Below are positions 1 to 10,249 of a DNA stretch of 64,000 bases, piece after piece. Below the pieces are notes generated by a model that saw only the letters and a list, made by a program, of their open reading frames with translations, had not been told where the DNA came from and did no database searches. Position 1 is the first letter of the stretch; every line of letters begins with the position of its first letter. The stretch is from Myxococcales bacterium (GTDB taxonomy: Bacteria; Myxococcota_A; Polyangia; Polyangiales; DASUME01), in the NCBI GenBank assembly GCA_047601445.1, contig JASGJH010000001.1, forward strand, positions 1,152,001-1,216,000. The letters run 5' to 3'. The translations under genes were made by a program, and so were the position numbers.

Positions 1-1
1 C

Positions 2-592
2 TTCGGATTGCCGGATCCTCTCACGGGGCAACGGCTTCTCGACATGGGGCAGCCGAACGTCGCTGACAATATCCAGGTCGGTGGCGGCTGGGGCAGTCTT
101 CAGAACACGCCCTTCCGACTGTTCAAGCGCTACACCCATGGTGGCGGCGTGCGCTCGCCGCTCGTGGTGTCTTGGCCCGCCAAGTTCAAGAATCGCGGAG
201 GCTGGACGAATCAGGTCGCCCACGTCATCGACATTGCGCCAACCATCCTCGAGGCTGCCGAAGTAGAGCTCCCCGAGACCTTCGAGGGGCACACCATCCT
301 GCCGTTCGAAGGGCGCTCGCTGATGCCGTCCCTGAATCGGCCCACCGCCACGCACACGCGCACGCTCGCCTTCGAACACGAGGGCAATCGCGCGTGGATC
401 CACGGCAATTACAAACTCGTGGTGCGCCAGCGGTCAGGGGACCTGATCGAGCTCTTCGACCTGGACAGCGATCCCAGCGAGCTCGTCGATCTCTCCGCGG
501 CGCAGCCCGCCCGCGTTACCAGGCTTGTAAACGCCTGGAACGAATGGGCGACCCGCGTCGGGTTGCCGGCCGACCGACAGATCTTCCATTGA
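2..592 (+). CDS. Arylsulfatase, C-terminal part (5' end lies outside the window)
   Basis: Sulfatase C-terminal motifs GWGSLQNTPFRLFKRYTHGGGVRSPLVVSWP, HVIDIAPTILE and ELFDLDSDPSELVDL. Confidence 0.85.
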   Translation, partial: FGLPDPLTGQRLLDMGQPNVADNIQVGGGWGSLQNTPFRLFKRYTHGGGVRSPLVVSWPAKFKNRGGWTNQVAHVIDIAPTILEAAEVELPETFEGHTILPFEGRSLMPSLNRPTATHTRTLAFEHEGNRAWIHGNYKLVVRQRSGDLIELFDLDSDPSELVDLSAAQPARVTRLVNAWNEWATRVGLPADRQIFH

Positions 593-647
593 CCGGCACG
601 CGAGCGCGTCGCGCAGGCGAGCAACCGGTCCGCGGAGTGAATGTCCG

Positions 648-2243
648 CTAAGCGTTGGGCGCGACGGCTGCGTTGCTCGCGAGCACGGCAGCCTGCCGAA
701 GCGCCGCGTGCAGCTCTTCCTCGGGATGGTCGGCGAGCTCCGCTGAGCGCCAAGCAATGTAGCCGTCGGGGCGCACCAACACGGCACCGCTCGCGCTCAG
801 GCCAAAGGCCCCTGCGAAGGAGCCTGCTTCGCTGGCGGTCACGTCGATACCGATCCGCACGTGATCGATGCCGAGTGCGGCCGCGGCTGCAAACCAGCGT
901 TCGTCCTCACTCAACACCAGCCACCCCCGCTGATAGAGATCCAAGCTGGAGATGCGCTCCTCGCCGCGCAGGAGCCACAGGTGCGGTGCGCGCGTGCCTG
1001 GCTGCCCACGCCACTGGTCTGGGCGCTGAGCAGCTGGCAGCTCGGGCCCCGCAGCAAGCACGATGCTCGAGCGGTAGAGCTGGCCGAACTCCATCGCATC
1101 GTCGTCGAAGATGATGCTCGTGCCGCCGCCCGCGTAGGCATGATCCGGGCGCGCAAAGATCTGGTCGTGACGCAGCCACGCGATGGGACGCCGCTCGGCG
1201 TCGTAGCTGTCGAGCAACTCGGGCGCGGATCTTCCCGAAAGCACCGCGGCGAGTTTCCAGGCCAGATTGTTAGCGTCGTCGATGCCGGTATTCGCACCGA
1301 ACCCCCCGCGATTGGGCGGCAGGGTGTGGGCGGCGTCACCCGCCAGGAACACGCGCCCTTCCGAGAAGCGATCGGCGATCAGACCGCTCACTTCCCAGCG
1401 CCCGGTGGCCACGATCTCCACGCTCAGATCCGCGATGCCAATCGCCTGGCGCACCCCCCTCTGAAGCGTGACCTCATCGCGCTCTTCGTCGTCCTGGAAC
1501 ATGAAGATGAAGCGACCATCCGGGTACTCACCCAGGAGTCCGCGCAAGTCCGGCTGTTCCACCGCAAACTGCACGATGGCCTGGCGACGCGCTTCGTCGA
1601 CCCGAGTACGCAGCTGCGGCGGGAGGGCAGCTCGGAACAGCACACTGCGCACGGGCGCCACGGTACCGCGTCCACTGCGGCGGATGCCCAGCGCTTCGCG
1701 CACGGGGCTGCGGCTCCCATCGGCGGCCACCACATACGACGCGCGTAGCTGGCTCGTCGTACCGTCCGCGCCGCGGATCTCCGCCGTGACTCCCGACGTG
1801 TCTTGCTCGAGATGAAGGAGCTGCGTGCTCATGCGAAGGTCCGCTCCGAGCTCGCGCGCCCGTTGACGCAGCAAGGGCTCGAGTTCGTCCTGCGCCATGC
1901 GCGCATTCGTATGCGGCGAGAAGCGCTTGCTCGGCGGCGCGGCGCCTGGCGTCCATGCCATCTCCTCGGTCCACTCAGCGGCCAAGGTCTGTACGCGCAC
2001 GCGACGCGGCTTGCTCGCACTCACCTCCGCCTGCGGGATCTGGTCACCCAGCCCGACGGACGCGAACAGCTCCATGGTGCGCGGCGTCCAGCCGACCGCG
2101 CGCGGATGGGGCGCGCTCCCCGGATGTTTCTCGACCAGCACCACCGGAACCCCCTGGGAGGTGAGGAAGATCGCAGTGGAGAGCCCTACTGGCCCGCCAC
2201 CCACCACCAGCACGGGATCACACAGAATTTTAGCCTGGGCCAC
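648..2243 (-). CDS. FAD-dependent monooxygenase (PheA/TfdB/RdmE-like aromatic hydroxylase)
   Basis: GxGxxG (VVGGGPVGL), ADGSRS, RVFLAGDAAH and C-terminal LVRPDGYIAW. GTG start at 2243 chosen because GAGGTG lies just upstream. Confidence 0.9.
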   Translation of the reverse strand: MAQAKILCDPVLVVGGGPVGLSTAIFLTSQGVPVVLVEKHPGSAPHPRAVGWTPRTMELFASVGLGDQIPQAEVSASKPRRVRVQTLAAEWTEEMAWTPGAAPPSKRFSPHTNARMAQDELEPLLRQRARELGADLRMSTQLLHLEQDTSGVTAEIRGADGTTSQLRASYVVAADGSRSPVREALGIRRSGRGTVAPVRSVLFRAALPPQLRTRVDEARRQAIVQFAVEQPDLRGLLGEYPDGRFIFMFQDDEERDEVTLQRGVRQAIGIADLSVEIVATGRWEVSGLIADRFSEGRVFLAGDAAHTLPPNRGGFGANTGIDDANNLAWKLAAVLSGRSAPELLDSYDAERRPIAWLRHDQIFARPDHAYAGGGTSIIFDDDAMEFGQLYRSSIVLAAGPELPAAQRPDQWRGQPGTRAPHLWLLRGEERISSLDLYQRGWLVLSEDERWFAAAAALGIDHVRIGIDVTASEAGSFAGAFGLSASGAVLVRPDGYIAWRSAELADHPEEELHAALRQAAVLASNAAVAPNA

Positions 2244-2262
2244 GGGATACACCTCATCAACA

Positions 2263-2285
2263 AATACACTGTATTGCATCAATAC
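2263..2285. promoter_or_regulatory. Probable TetR operator (two overlapping inverted repeats)
   Basis: AATACA-C-TGTATT (2263-2275) overlaps GTATTG-CAT-CAATAC (2271-2285) in the AT-rich gap between the divergent monooxygenase and TetR genes. Confidence 0.65.
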
Positions 2286-2326
2286 GGTTGTTGTCGAAGG
2301 GCGCAAGAGCGTTACAACCATGAGCC

Positions 2327-3067
2327 ATGGGCCGCCCGCCAGCGAAGAAGCGCACCAGCACTCTGGAAGCACCGCTCCCTATTTGGGAGCGACCCGAGCC
2401 CCCGAGCCGCCCGGCTCCCACACCGCTAAGCCGCGAGAGCATCGTGACTGCCGCCATGCGCCTGGCGGACCAGCAAGGTCTGAGCGCGGTTTCACTCCGC
2501 AACGTGGCCGCGGCGCTTCAAGCGGGGCCGATGCGCCTGTACGGCTACGTGGCCACGAAGGAAGAGCTGCTCGAGTTGATGGTCGATGCCGTATGGGGCG
2601 AGCTCGACGGCGCATTCCGAGGCGGCTGGCGCGAGGTGCTAAGCGAGATCGCGGAGCGCTTGCGCGCGACCCACCGCAAGCATCCCTGGTTCGTCAGCTT
2701 GCTTGGCGGCCGTCCTTCCTTCGGACCCCATGTGCTCGCACACCGGGAGGCGGCCTTCGCTGCGCTCTCCGAGTCGCCCGGCTTCGCGGATATCGACCTC
2801 GTGCTTCAGGCCTATCGGACGCTGCTCTCCTACGTGATCGGCGCGTTGCAAAGCGAGGATCACGAGCTGCGCGCCGAGCGCGAGAGCGGCCTCGCGGAAA
2901 GCGAGTGGCAGGCCGCGATGTGGCCCTACATGCGACGAACCATCGCCACGGGGCGTTATCCCGCGTTGGCGAGAGTGGTCAGTGAAGCCAGCCATCCGCC
3001 CGCCGAGGCTCTGTTCCAACTCGGGCTCGAGATGGTGCTCGACGGCATCGCCGCGCACATCCGCTGA
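2327..3067 (+). CDS. TetR/AcrR family regulator with TetR_C-type domain
   Basis: HTH LSRESIVTAAMRLADQQGLSAVSLRNVAAALQAGPMRLYGYVATKEELL; C-terminal FQLGLEMVLDGI. Confidence 0.92.
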   Translation: MGRPPAKKRTSTLEAPLPIWERPEPPSRPAPTPLSRESIVTAAMRLADQQGLSAVSLRNVAAALQAGPMRLYGYVATKEELLELMVDAVWGELDGAFRGGWREVLSEIAERLRATHRKHPWFVSLLGGRPSFGPHVLAHREAAFAALSESPGFADIDLVLQAYRTLLSYVIGALQSEDHELRAERESGLAESEWQAAMWPYMRRTIATGRYPALARVVSEASHPPAEALFQLGLEMVLDGIAAHIR

Positions 3068-3294
3068 GCGCGCGACGCACGCGACGCCGCGACCAAGCAT
3101 CCCACGTTCGGGGGCGCCCCCTCGTGCCCGCTTTGCGTTCTCGCACCCGCAGGAATTCTTTCCTGTGGCGCACACCCGAGTCGGCGCGTCAGTACAAGGA
3201 GTACACGAAGTAACCGCATTTCGTTCGTTGGCCGTTGGTTCTAGCGCCTAGGCGCGACCTTGATCCCTTGCGAGCCCGCTCCCTGGGCGAGAGG

Positions 3295-4926
3295 ATGCAC
3301 ATGGCACGAGGGTGGTGGTCCATCAGCCAGCGGCTCGTGGTCTGGCATGCGGCGGCGCTCCTGCCGGCGCTCGGGTGCGCGTTACTGAGCCATGCCCCGC
3401 TGAAACAGGTCGCGAGGTGGCTGGGACTGCTCGCTGTCACCGGACTGTGGTCCCTGAGTTGGGGGCCCGTGCTGTTGCGCATGCACCTCCTCGTGGCCCG
3501 CACGCTGCTGGCGCTTGCGGGGATCTTGATGACGGCGTTCGTGCTGATCGCGTCGTTCCATCTGGTCGTCTACGATCAGTTGCCAGGCATCTCGGTGGTC
3601 TATGCGATCGCCGACTCCCATCCCTCGGAAGCCACTCAGTTCGTCGGGCTCATCTCGAGACCTTGGGCTTGGGTGGTAAGTCTCAGCGGCGCTGCGCTCG
3701 TGGCGGCACTGGGCTGGCGCTGTCAGCGGGCCCTGGAGGCACCGGGAGTTCCTCCGCCTCGGCCCGCGGTGGCGCTCACGGCCCTGGGGCTGATGCTCGG
3801 GCTTCCGTGGGCACTCTGGAGCCACCCGAGCTTCGTGCTCAGCCATCCGATCACCTTCGCGATCGCGACCGGCAAGGACGTCCTCAGCTACCGCGCGGAT
3901 TTGATGGCGGCGACCCCGGACTCACCGGCGCGGCTCGAGACCACGGTGAGATCTCCGCGGCGTCCGACCCGACACATTCTGATCTTGGGCGAGTCGCTCA
4001 CGTCGACGCACCTGCGCACGTGTGGCTACAGCCGCGAGACCACGCCCGAGATCGACCGGACGCGGCGGTTCGAACGCGTCGTCCTGTGCGACGCATGCTC
4101 TTCGCAAAACAACACGGCGCTGGCGCTGCGTGACGTCATGACGCCGCGTGGACGCTACGCCGAGTCGCCCTTCCTCTCGCGCCCGAACTTGATCTCCACG
4201 CTGCAGCGCAGTGCCTACCAGGTCTACTGGATCTCCAACCAAACCCTCCGCTATGACCCGCTCGAGTCGATGGCGTCCATCTGGTCCGGCTTTGCGGGTA
4301 CGCGCTGGTTCACCAACCTCGAGGGATACCAATACGACGGAGTGATGCTGCCGCGCGTGGAAAAGGCGCTGGTCGCGCGGGGCGACCGCAAGGTGGTGGT
4401 CCTCCACATGGCGGGCTCCCATCCGGCCTACGCGATGCGCTACCCGCCGACCTTCTCGCGCTGGAGCGCGGACGCCGCGGTGCCCTCCTCGGTGCCACGG
4501 CGCGGCGACCCCGAATTTCTGCGCGCGCCCTACAACGAGTATGACAACTCGGTGCTCTACACGGACCACGTGGTCGGCAAGGTGCTCGAGATCGCGGAGC
4601 GCTACGCGGTAGACAGCGTGACGTTCTTCTCCGACCACGGGCAAAACCTCGGCGAAAAGAGCGTCCACCTCGGGCACAGCGGTGAGACGGGTCCGCGCCA
4701 AGGTTACATGGTCCCGGTCTTCTTCTGGCTCAGCCCGGAGGCCGACGTGACCATGGAGCAGCGCACGCTGCTCGCGCACCATGCTGCGCTGCCGTTCCAA
4801 ACGGATCAGCTCTTCGCGACGCTCCTCGAGCTGTACGGCATCTCCACGGACGACGAGGCCCTGACGAACAGCTTGATGCGTGACGGCTACGCGCCCGTTC
4901 CGCGCGTATGCGACGGAATGGAGTAG
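3295..4926 (+). CDS. Phosphoethanolamine transferase (EptA/CptA-like, sulfatase fold)
   Basis: N-terminal TM helices; ILGES, putative catalytic Thr (NNTALAL), HMAGSH, YDNSVLYTD, FSDHG. Confidence 0.85.
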   Translation: MHMARGWWSISQRLVVWHAAALLPALGCALLSHAPLKQVARWLGLLAVTGLWSLSWGPVLLRMHLLVARTLLALAGILMTAFVLIASFHLVVYDQLPGISVVYAIADSHPSEATQFVGLISRPWAWVVSLSGAALVAALGWRCQRALEAPGVPPPRPAVALTALGLMLGLPWALWSHPSFVLSHPITFAIATGKDVLSYRADLMAATPDSPARLETTVRSPRRPTRHILILGESLTSTHLRTCGYSRETTPEIDRTRRFERVVLCDACSSQNNTALALRDVMTPRGRYAESPFLSRPNLISTLQRSAYQVYWISNQTLRYDPLESMASIWSGFAGTRWFTNLEGYQYDGVMLPRVEKALVARGDRKVVVLHMAGSHPAYAMRYPPTFSRWSADAAVPSSVPRRGDPEFLRAPYNEYDNSVLYTDHVVGKVLEIAERYAVDSVTFFSDHGQNLGEKSVHLGHSGETGPRQGYMVPVFFWLSPEADVTMEQRTLLAHHAALPFQTDQLFATLLELYGISTDDEALTNSLMRDGYAPVPRVCDGME

Positions 4927-5285
4927 AAGAAGCAGGGGCGCGCTCGACACCGCCGCAGTGATTGCCAGCAGGCGCCTCTGTGAGCCGGCTCGCGCGCTGG
5001 ACGGTCTCACCGTTGAGCTGCGGCGATATCGCGACGATTGATCGGGATAGAATGCAGACGTCTCCGAACGCTCCATCGTTGCGTATGCGAGAGCACGCGC
5101 GCGTCTCATAACTCGTCTCCCCAGGAGATTTGCGAGCGAACGTGGTTGCGGACTTTTGCCACGGTTCGATAGTCTCTTGAGGACGCAGGCGAGGACCTCC
5201 CTCGCGACGCGCGATGGGGATCGCGTTCTGTGTACAGTACGGGCGCGCCTGGAAGTTGAGCGCGCGCGGCTTCTTGTGGAGGAAC

Positions 5286-6323
5286 GTGTCGCGATCCAGG
5301 GCGATTCTCGCCGACGCTGGCCCAGCCGGGCGGCGACAACTCAAGACTGCCCTCACGGAGTCCGGCTTCGACGTTCTCGAAGCGCGCACCTTCGAAGAAG
5401 CTTCGGCTCTCGTGCGGCGGGACGTCACCGTCGCGGTCTGCGACGCCAATCTCACGGGGGATGACTGCGCTCAATTGGTGGAGAGGTGGGACGCGCGCCT
5501 GCCGGTGGCGCAGGTTCCTCTGGTCGTCGTCTCGGGCCAGCGTGCGCTTGCCGTACGCCTCAGCGCACTCCGTGCTGGCGCTTCCAATTTCGTGGTCAAG
5601 CCAGCCTCGGCGAGCCTGCTGCTCCGGAATGTGAGCTCGGGCACCCGTGTCATGCCGTGGGCAGCCCCCCGTAGAGTGCTGGTGGTCGATGACAGCGTCA
5701 CTTACGGACACGCCCTCGCCGAAGCCCTCTCGAACGACGGGCACGATGTGGTCCTCGCGGTTTCGGCACAGGAAGCGCGTGAGTATCTCAGCGTCGATCT
5801 GCCTGATCTGATCTTGCTCGACGTCTTCTTGCCCGACACCGACGGCATCGACCTCGCTCGGACGCTGCGCCGAGCCGACCCAACGAGTCAGCTGCCCATC
5901 ATGATGCTGACCGGTCGCGAGAACACGCTGATCAAGCAGCGCGCGAGCGAAGCCGGGGTGTCAGGCTTCGCGTCCAAGAACACGCCGCTCGGTGAGATCT
6001 GCGCCCAGGTCCAGAACCTCGCGCAGGGTGGCCTGGCGCCCCCCCCGAAGGCCAGCGCCGGCCGTGCCCCGACTCCCGCCACGACCACCGGCGGGCCGGT
6101 GCTGTTTGCGCGCGTGGTCGCCGCTTCGGGGCTTTCGGAGGTTCTGGGACGCTCGACCCTGGAGCTTGCGCTGAAGCGGGCCGGAGTCGATGTCGCCGGC
6201 CTCAATCCCGACGGACTTCGCGCCGCCATGCCTCACATCGAGCAAGCATTGAACACGTTTCTGCCGCAGTCGGAGATCCGCAAGCGGGTAATGGCGATCT
6301 CCGCGATCGCACGGGAAGGCTAG
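5286..6323 (+). CDS. Response regulator with two receiver domains and a small C-terminal helical domain
   Basis: REC1 (AVCD..FVVKP) and REC2 ([14 protein letters not shown]). GTG start follows GGAGG; the start is uncertain. Confidence 0.85.
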   Translation: MSRSRAILADAGPAGRRQLKTALTESGFDVLEARTFEEASALVRRDVTVAVCDANLTGDDCAQLVERWDARLPVAQVPLVVVSGQRALAVRLSALRAGASNFVVKPASASLLLRNVSSGTRVMPWAAPRRVLVVDDSVTYGHALAEALSNDGHDVVLAVSAQEAREYLSVDLPDLILLDVFLPDTDGIDLARTLRRADPTSQLPIMMLTGRENTLIKQRASEAGVSGFASKNTPLGEICAQVQNLAQGGLAPPPKASAGRAPTPATTTGGPVLFARVVAASGLSEVLGRSTLELALKRAGVDVAGLNPDGLRAAMPHIEQALNTFLPQSEIRKRVMAISAIAREG

Positions 6324-6331
6324 TCGAGCGA

Positions 6332-7822
6332 ATGAAGATGTTGTCGAAAAACGCCAGCTTCGGTCAGCAGATCGCCCTGGCGTTGGCTGTGATCGCGCTC
6401 CTCGGCGTGGTGAGCAACGTCATCGCGGTGTTCGCGCTTCGGTCCGTGGTCGACGCCAAGGATCAGGTCATCACGCAGAACGCCGAGACCCTGATCGCCA
6501 TCGAGACCGGTCGCGTGGCCCGCGAGCGTCGCGCCAAGCACGTGCGCAGCTTCGTGATTACCGGGAACGACAAGTTCGCCAAGCAGATGGCTGATGCGCG
6601 CGACGAGCTCCTGGCGAGCATCGAGCAGCTCACGGCGCGCGCGGAGACCGACAAAGAACGCGCGTTGGTCCGTCAGGTCGAGCTGGGGAACCAGGAAATG
6701 CAGGTCGCCTGGGACAAGCTCATCGATATGGTTCGATCTCACGCGTCCCAGGAAACCGTGGTGACCTACTTCGAGCAGCAGTCCAAGGGGGCCGTCGCGA
6801 ACCTCGACAAGGCCTTCGTGACGCTCAGCGAGTACGAGCGCGAGCGCCTCGCGGAAGCCCAGGCAGCGGCGTCTCGCAACGCGGAGAAGGTCGTGGAGAC
6901 GCTGGTCTTGAGCGGGATTGCGACCGCAGGGTTGGCGCTCGGCCTCGCGCTGTGGCTCTCGGGGGCGCTGCGCAGGAGGATCGGCGCCGCCGTGCAGGGA
7001 GTGCAGAGCTCCTCGACCGAGCTCGAGGCCGCCGCTCACCAGCAAGTGAGCAGCACCCAGGAGCTCACCAGCACCACCAACGAGATCACGGTCACCATCC
7101 GTGAGCTGCTCGCCACGGCGCGACAAATCGCCGAGAGCGCGCAGCGCGTTGTGCACATCGCCGAGGAGACCGGGGACAGCGCCCGCGTGGGCGATGCGAC
7201 CGTGCAGCGCACCCAGGAGGCCATCGGCCGCATCAAGGGCCAGGTCGACCAGATCGTGAATCGCATGATCGACCTCGGGCGCAAGTCTCAGCAGATCGGG
7301 GGCATCCTCGAGCTGATCAACGAGCTCGCGGAACAAACGAACATCCTTTCGATCAACGCGACCATCGAGGCCGCTGGGGCAGGCGAGGCGGGCAAGCGCT
7401 TCGCGGTGGTCGCAGACGAGATCCGGCGGCTCGCCGATCGGGTCAGCGGCTCCGCTCGCGAGATCCGCGCCTTGATCGACGAGATTCGGGCGGCGGCCAA
7501 CGCGACGGTGATGGCGACCGAAGACGGGTCGAAGTCGGTCGAAGTGGGGGCACGGCAGTTCAGCGAGGTACTCTCGACCTTCAAGGGCATCACCGACCGC
7601 GTCGCGGGGACCACGGACGCAGCCCGCGAGATCGAGCTCTCGACGAAGCAGCTGAGCACCGCGGTCGAGCAGCTCAACGTGGCCATCGGCGGCGTGGCCC
7701 AGGCTGCGCGCGAGACGCAGACGAGTTCCTCGCAAACGCTCGCCACCTGCTCGGAGCTGGCCAATGTCTCTCGCGGCTTGAGCTCGATGATCCGCGAAGT
7801 CTCTCACGGTCATGTGGCCTAG
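6332..7822 (+). CDS. Methyl-accepting chemotaxis protein (two TMs, periplasmic 4-helix/CHASE3-like sensor)
   Basis: Hairpin-tip motif [40 protein letters not shown]. Confidence 0.95.
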   Translation: MKMLSKNASFGQQIALALAVIALLGVVSNVIAVFALRSVVDAKDQVITQNAETLIAIETGRVARERRAKHVRSFVITGNDKFAKQMADARDELLASIEQLTARAETDKERALVRQVELGNQEMQVAWDKLIDMVRSHASQETVVTYFEQQSKGAVANLDKAFVTLSEYERERLAEAQAAASRNAEKVVETLVLSGIATAGLALGLALWLSGALRRRIGAAVQGVQSSSTELEAAAHQQVSSTQELTSTTNEITVTIRELLATARQIAESAQRVVHIAEETGDSARVGDATVQRTQEAIGRIKGQVDQIVNRMIDLGRKSQQIGGILELINELAEQTNILSINATIEAAGAGEAGKRFAVVADEIRRLADRVSGSAREIRALIDEIRAAANATVMATEDGSKSVEVGARQFSEVLSTFKGITDRVAGTTDAAREIELSTKQLSTAVEQLNVAIGGVAQAARETQTSSSQTLATCSELANVSRGLSSMIREVSHGHVA

Positions 7823-7824
7823 TC

Positions 7825-8274
7825 GTGGCGAGTCAGCCCTTCCTCCTCGTGCGCGCCGGCGCCTGGCTGTGTGCCTTGCCGCTGGGGTCCGTGCTCGAGA
7901 CCATGCGCGTGCTGCCGCACCGGAAGTTGCTCGGAGTGCCGAGCTACGTGCTGGGGGTTGGCTCGATTCGCGGAGAGCCCACGCCCATCGTGGCCCTTGG
8001 TGCGCTGCTCGAAGGCGGCGTGGCGGAGCCGTGTACGCGTCTGGTTACGGTGCGCAGTGCGCAGGGAAGGGTGGCACTGGGCGTCGCTGCGGTGGTAGGC
8101 GTTCGCCAGCTCGGTCGCGAGAGCAGCGCACCATGGGTCGGCGTGCTGTCGCAATTGCCGAGCTATCACGTGGAGTCCCTGACCCATCTCGACGGCGAGC
8201 TCTTGGCCGTCTTGAGTACGGCGAACCTGGTTCCGGAGGAGCTCGCGCAAGCTTTGCTCGCCGAGGGCAGATGA
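7825..8274 (+). CDS. cheW: CheW-like coupling protein
   Basis: LLGVPSYVLGVGSIRGEPTPIVALGALL; lies directly after the MCP. Confidence 0.85.
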   Translation: MASQPFLLVRAGAWLCALPLGSVLETMRVLPHRKLLGVPSYVLGVGSIRGEPTPIVALGALLEGGVAEPCTRLVTVRSAQGRVALGVAAVVGVRQLGRESSAPWVGVLSQLPSYHVESLTHLDGELLAVLSTANLVPEELAQALLAEGR

Positions 8275-9743
8275 CGGCAGCCAGGCGAGCGTACGCACGC
8301 GGCGCGGAGGTCCTCGAGGATCTCCTGGGATTTCGGCCAGAGCCGACTCGGGCCGACGACGTCGAGGAGGCGGTGCGTGAGCGTATCGCGCGCAGGCAGC
8401 TCGGGAGCCTGGACGCGTACGCGGAGCTCCTGGTCGATCCCCAACAGCGGCTGATCGAGGCCAGGGCCTTGGCGGACCTGGCGACGGTCAACGAAACGTA
8501 TTTTTATCGCGAGCCAGAGCATCAGGCGATTCTGCGCGCCTTGGCGGTGATGCCTGGGCGCACGGCGAGCGAGCGACAACCGCTGCGAGTCCTGTCTCTC
8601 GGCTGCTCGACGGGTGAGGAACCGTACACGGTGGCGTTGGTCCTGTCCGAGGCAGGCCTGGATCACGAGGCCGCGCGCATCCACGCCGTCGATGCCAGTC
8701 CCTCCGTGGTCGCGCGTGCCGAGCGCGGCGTCTACAGCGCTTGGTCGCTCAGAAACCTTCCGGAGCACCTGCGTGACCGCCACTTTACCCACCGCGGCGG
8801 CCAGTTCACTTTGAGCGAGAAGATTCGGCGCTACGTGCGCTTCGAGGCGAGAAATGCCCTCGAGGACGACAACCGTTTCTGGGACCGGCCGTCGTTCGAC
8901 GTGGTCTTCTGCCGAAACCTCCTCATCTACCTGACGCCACGCGCGGCCCGCACCGTGATTGAACGTTGCGCCCAGGTTCTCCACGCGGGCGGCTACTTGT
9001 TCCTTGCCCACAGCGAAACGGGTCACGCCGGGCGCCATTTCTCGGTGCAGTCTGCCCACGGCGCCTTCTACTTCGTGCGCAAGTCGGATGCCGCGCCGCT
9101 CGGTTCCGCATCTGCGCCGGCCGCTCGAGCCCCCACACGCCCTGCGCCGACCGGGGAGGCGTTGGTCGCGCAGCCGTCGCAGGCCTCGCCCGTCAGCGCC
9201 GTTGCGCCGCAGCACGAGCGGCCGTCTCTCGCCCGCACTCCTCGCTCGACGGGCCTCCCCGGGGAGCTCTGGCATCTGTGGCGCGAGGAGCGCTTCACGG
9301 AGTTGCGCGCGAAACTGCGCCTCATCCCATCACCGGGTACGGAGCTGATGCCGCTCATGGCTTCCCTGTCCATGCAAGAGGGCAAGCTGACCGAGGCACA
9401 CGAGTGTTGCGTCGCCATGTTGGCGTTCGAACCTGCCTGGGCGAGCGCACACCATCTGCTCGGTCTGATGTCGGAACAACGCGGTGAGACCCGAGAGGCG
9501 TGCCGGCATCATCTCAGGGCCGTCGCGCTGGATCCGGACTTTGCGCTACCCAGTTTGCGTGCGGGCATCCTGGCCCGGCGCCTGGGCGACCGCCCGCTGG
9601 CTCGCCGCCTGCTGCGCGAGGCGATTCGGCTGCTGCCCTTCCAGACCGCGGAGCACCTCGTGCTCTTTGCGGGTGGGTTCTCGGCGGAAGCTCTGGTCGC
9701 CCTCGCACGCGCGGAGCTGCAGGCCTGTGGAGGCGAGCCGTGA
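8271..9743 (+). CDS. cheR: CheR methyltransferase with C-terminal TPR (WspC-like)
   Basis: TVNETYFYRE, SLGCSTGEEPYT, FDVVFCRNLLIY; TPR-like tail. ATG at 8271 overlaps the cheW stop. Confidence 0.92.
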   Translation: MTAARRAYARGAEVLEDLLGFRPEPTRADDVEEAVRERIARRQLGSLDAYAELLVDPQQRLIEARALADLATVNETYFYREPEHQAILRALAVMPGRTASERQPLRVLSLGCSTGEEPYTVALVLSEAGLDHEAARIHAVDASPSVVARAERGVYSAWSLRNLPEHLRDRHFTHRGGQFTLSEKIRRYVRFEARNALEDDNRFWDRPSFDVVFCRNLLIYLTPRAARTVIERCAQVLHAGGYLFLAHSETGHAGRHFSVQSAHGAFYFVRKSDAAPLGSASAPAARAPTRPAPTGEALVAQPSQASPVSAVAPQHERPSLARTPRSTGLPGELWHLWREERFTELRAKLRLIPSPGTELMPLMASLSMQEGKLTEAHECCVAMLAFEPAWASAHHLLGLMSEQRGETREACRHHLRAVALDPDFALPSLRAGILARRLGDRPLARRLLREAIRLLPFQTAEHLVLFAGGFSAEALVALARAELQACGGEP

Positions 9744-10249
9744 CCGACCTGGCGTCCCAACTGGAGTCCCTGGCCCGTGCCTTCGATGAGCGCTTCGCGG
9801 CCCCCCAGCAATCGCCGTCCCAGGCTGTCGTGGACCTGCTCGAGGTCCGCTGTGCGAGCGAGCGGCTGGCGCTCGAAACGGGGCGCCTTCTCCTGGTGGA
9901 ACCCGCTCGGCGTGTGATCGCGGTGCCGGGCGCACCCGCAAGCTGCTCGGGGGTCGCTGGCGTCAGGGGCAAGCTGGTCGCGGTGTATCCGCTGCTGTCG
10001 TCATGTCGCCCAGGCCAGACTCCCTCCGGGGTCCTGTTGCTGACTCGCCTGGATCCCAGTCTTGCTTTCTTCGTGGATGCAGTGGAGCGCTATTCCCGCG
10101 TCGAGAGCGATCGGATCTCCGTCCTCCCGGCCGGTCCCGACGAGCCTTCGCGGGCCATCGCCAAGCTCGCGAGTGGTCCGGTGCCGCTCGTCAGCGTGGA
10201 CGACCTCGTACGCAAGATCTTGAGTGCGGCCGGAGGCGAGCATGCATGA
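9740..10249 (+). CDS. cheW: Second CheW-like protein
   Basis: VPGAPASCSGVAGVRGKLVAVY; GTGA overlap with the cheR stop. Confidence 0.8.
   Translation: MTDLASQLESLARAFDERFAAPQQSPSQAVVDLLEVRCASERLALETGRLLLVEPARRVIAVPGAPASCSGVAGVRGKLVAVYPLLSSCRPGQTPSGVLLLTRLDPSLAFFVDAVERYSRVESDRISVLPAGPDEPSRAIAKLASGPVPLVSVDDLVRKILSAAGGEHA

Noticed and set aside
7812..8270. N-terminal extension of the 643-aa ORF 7812-9743
   Set aside because: It overlaps cheW in another frame; CheR homology starts at ATG 8271.
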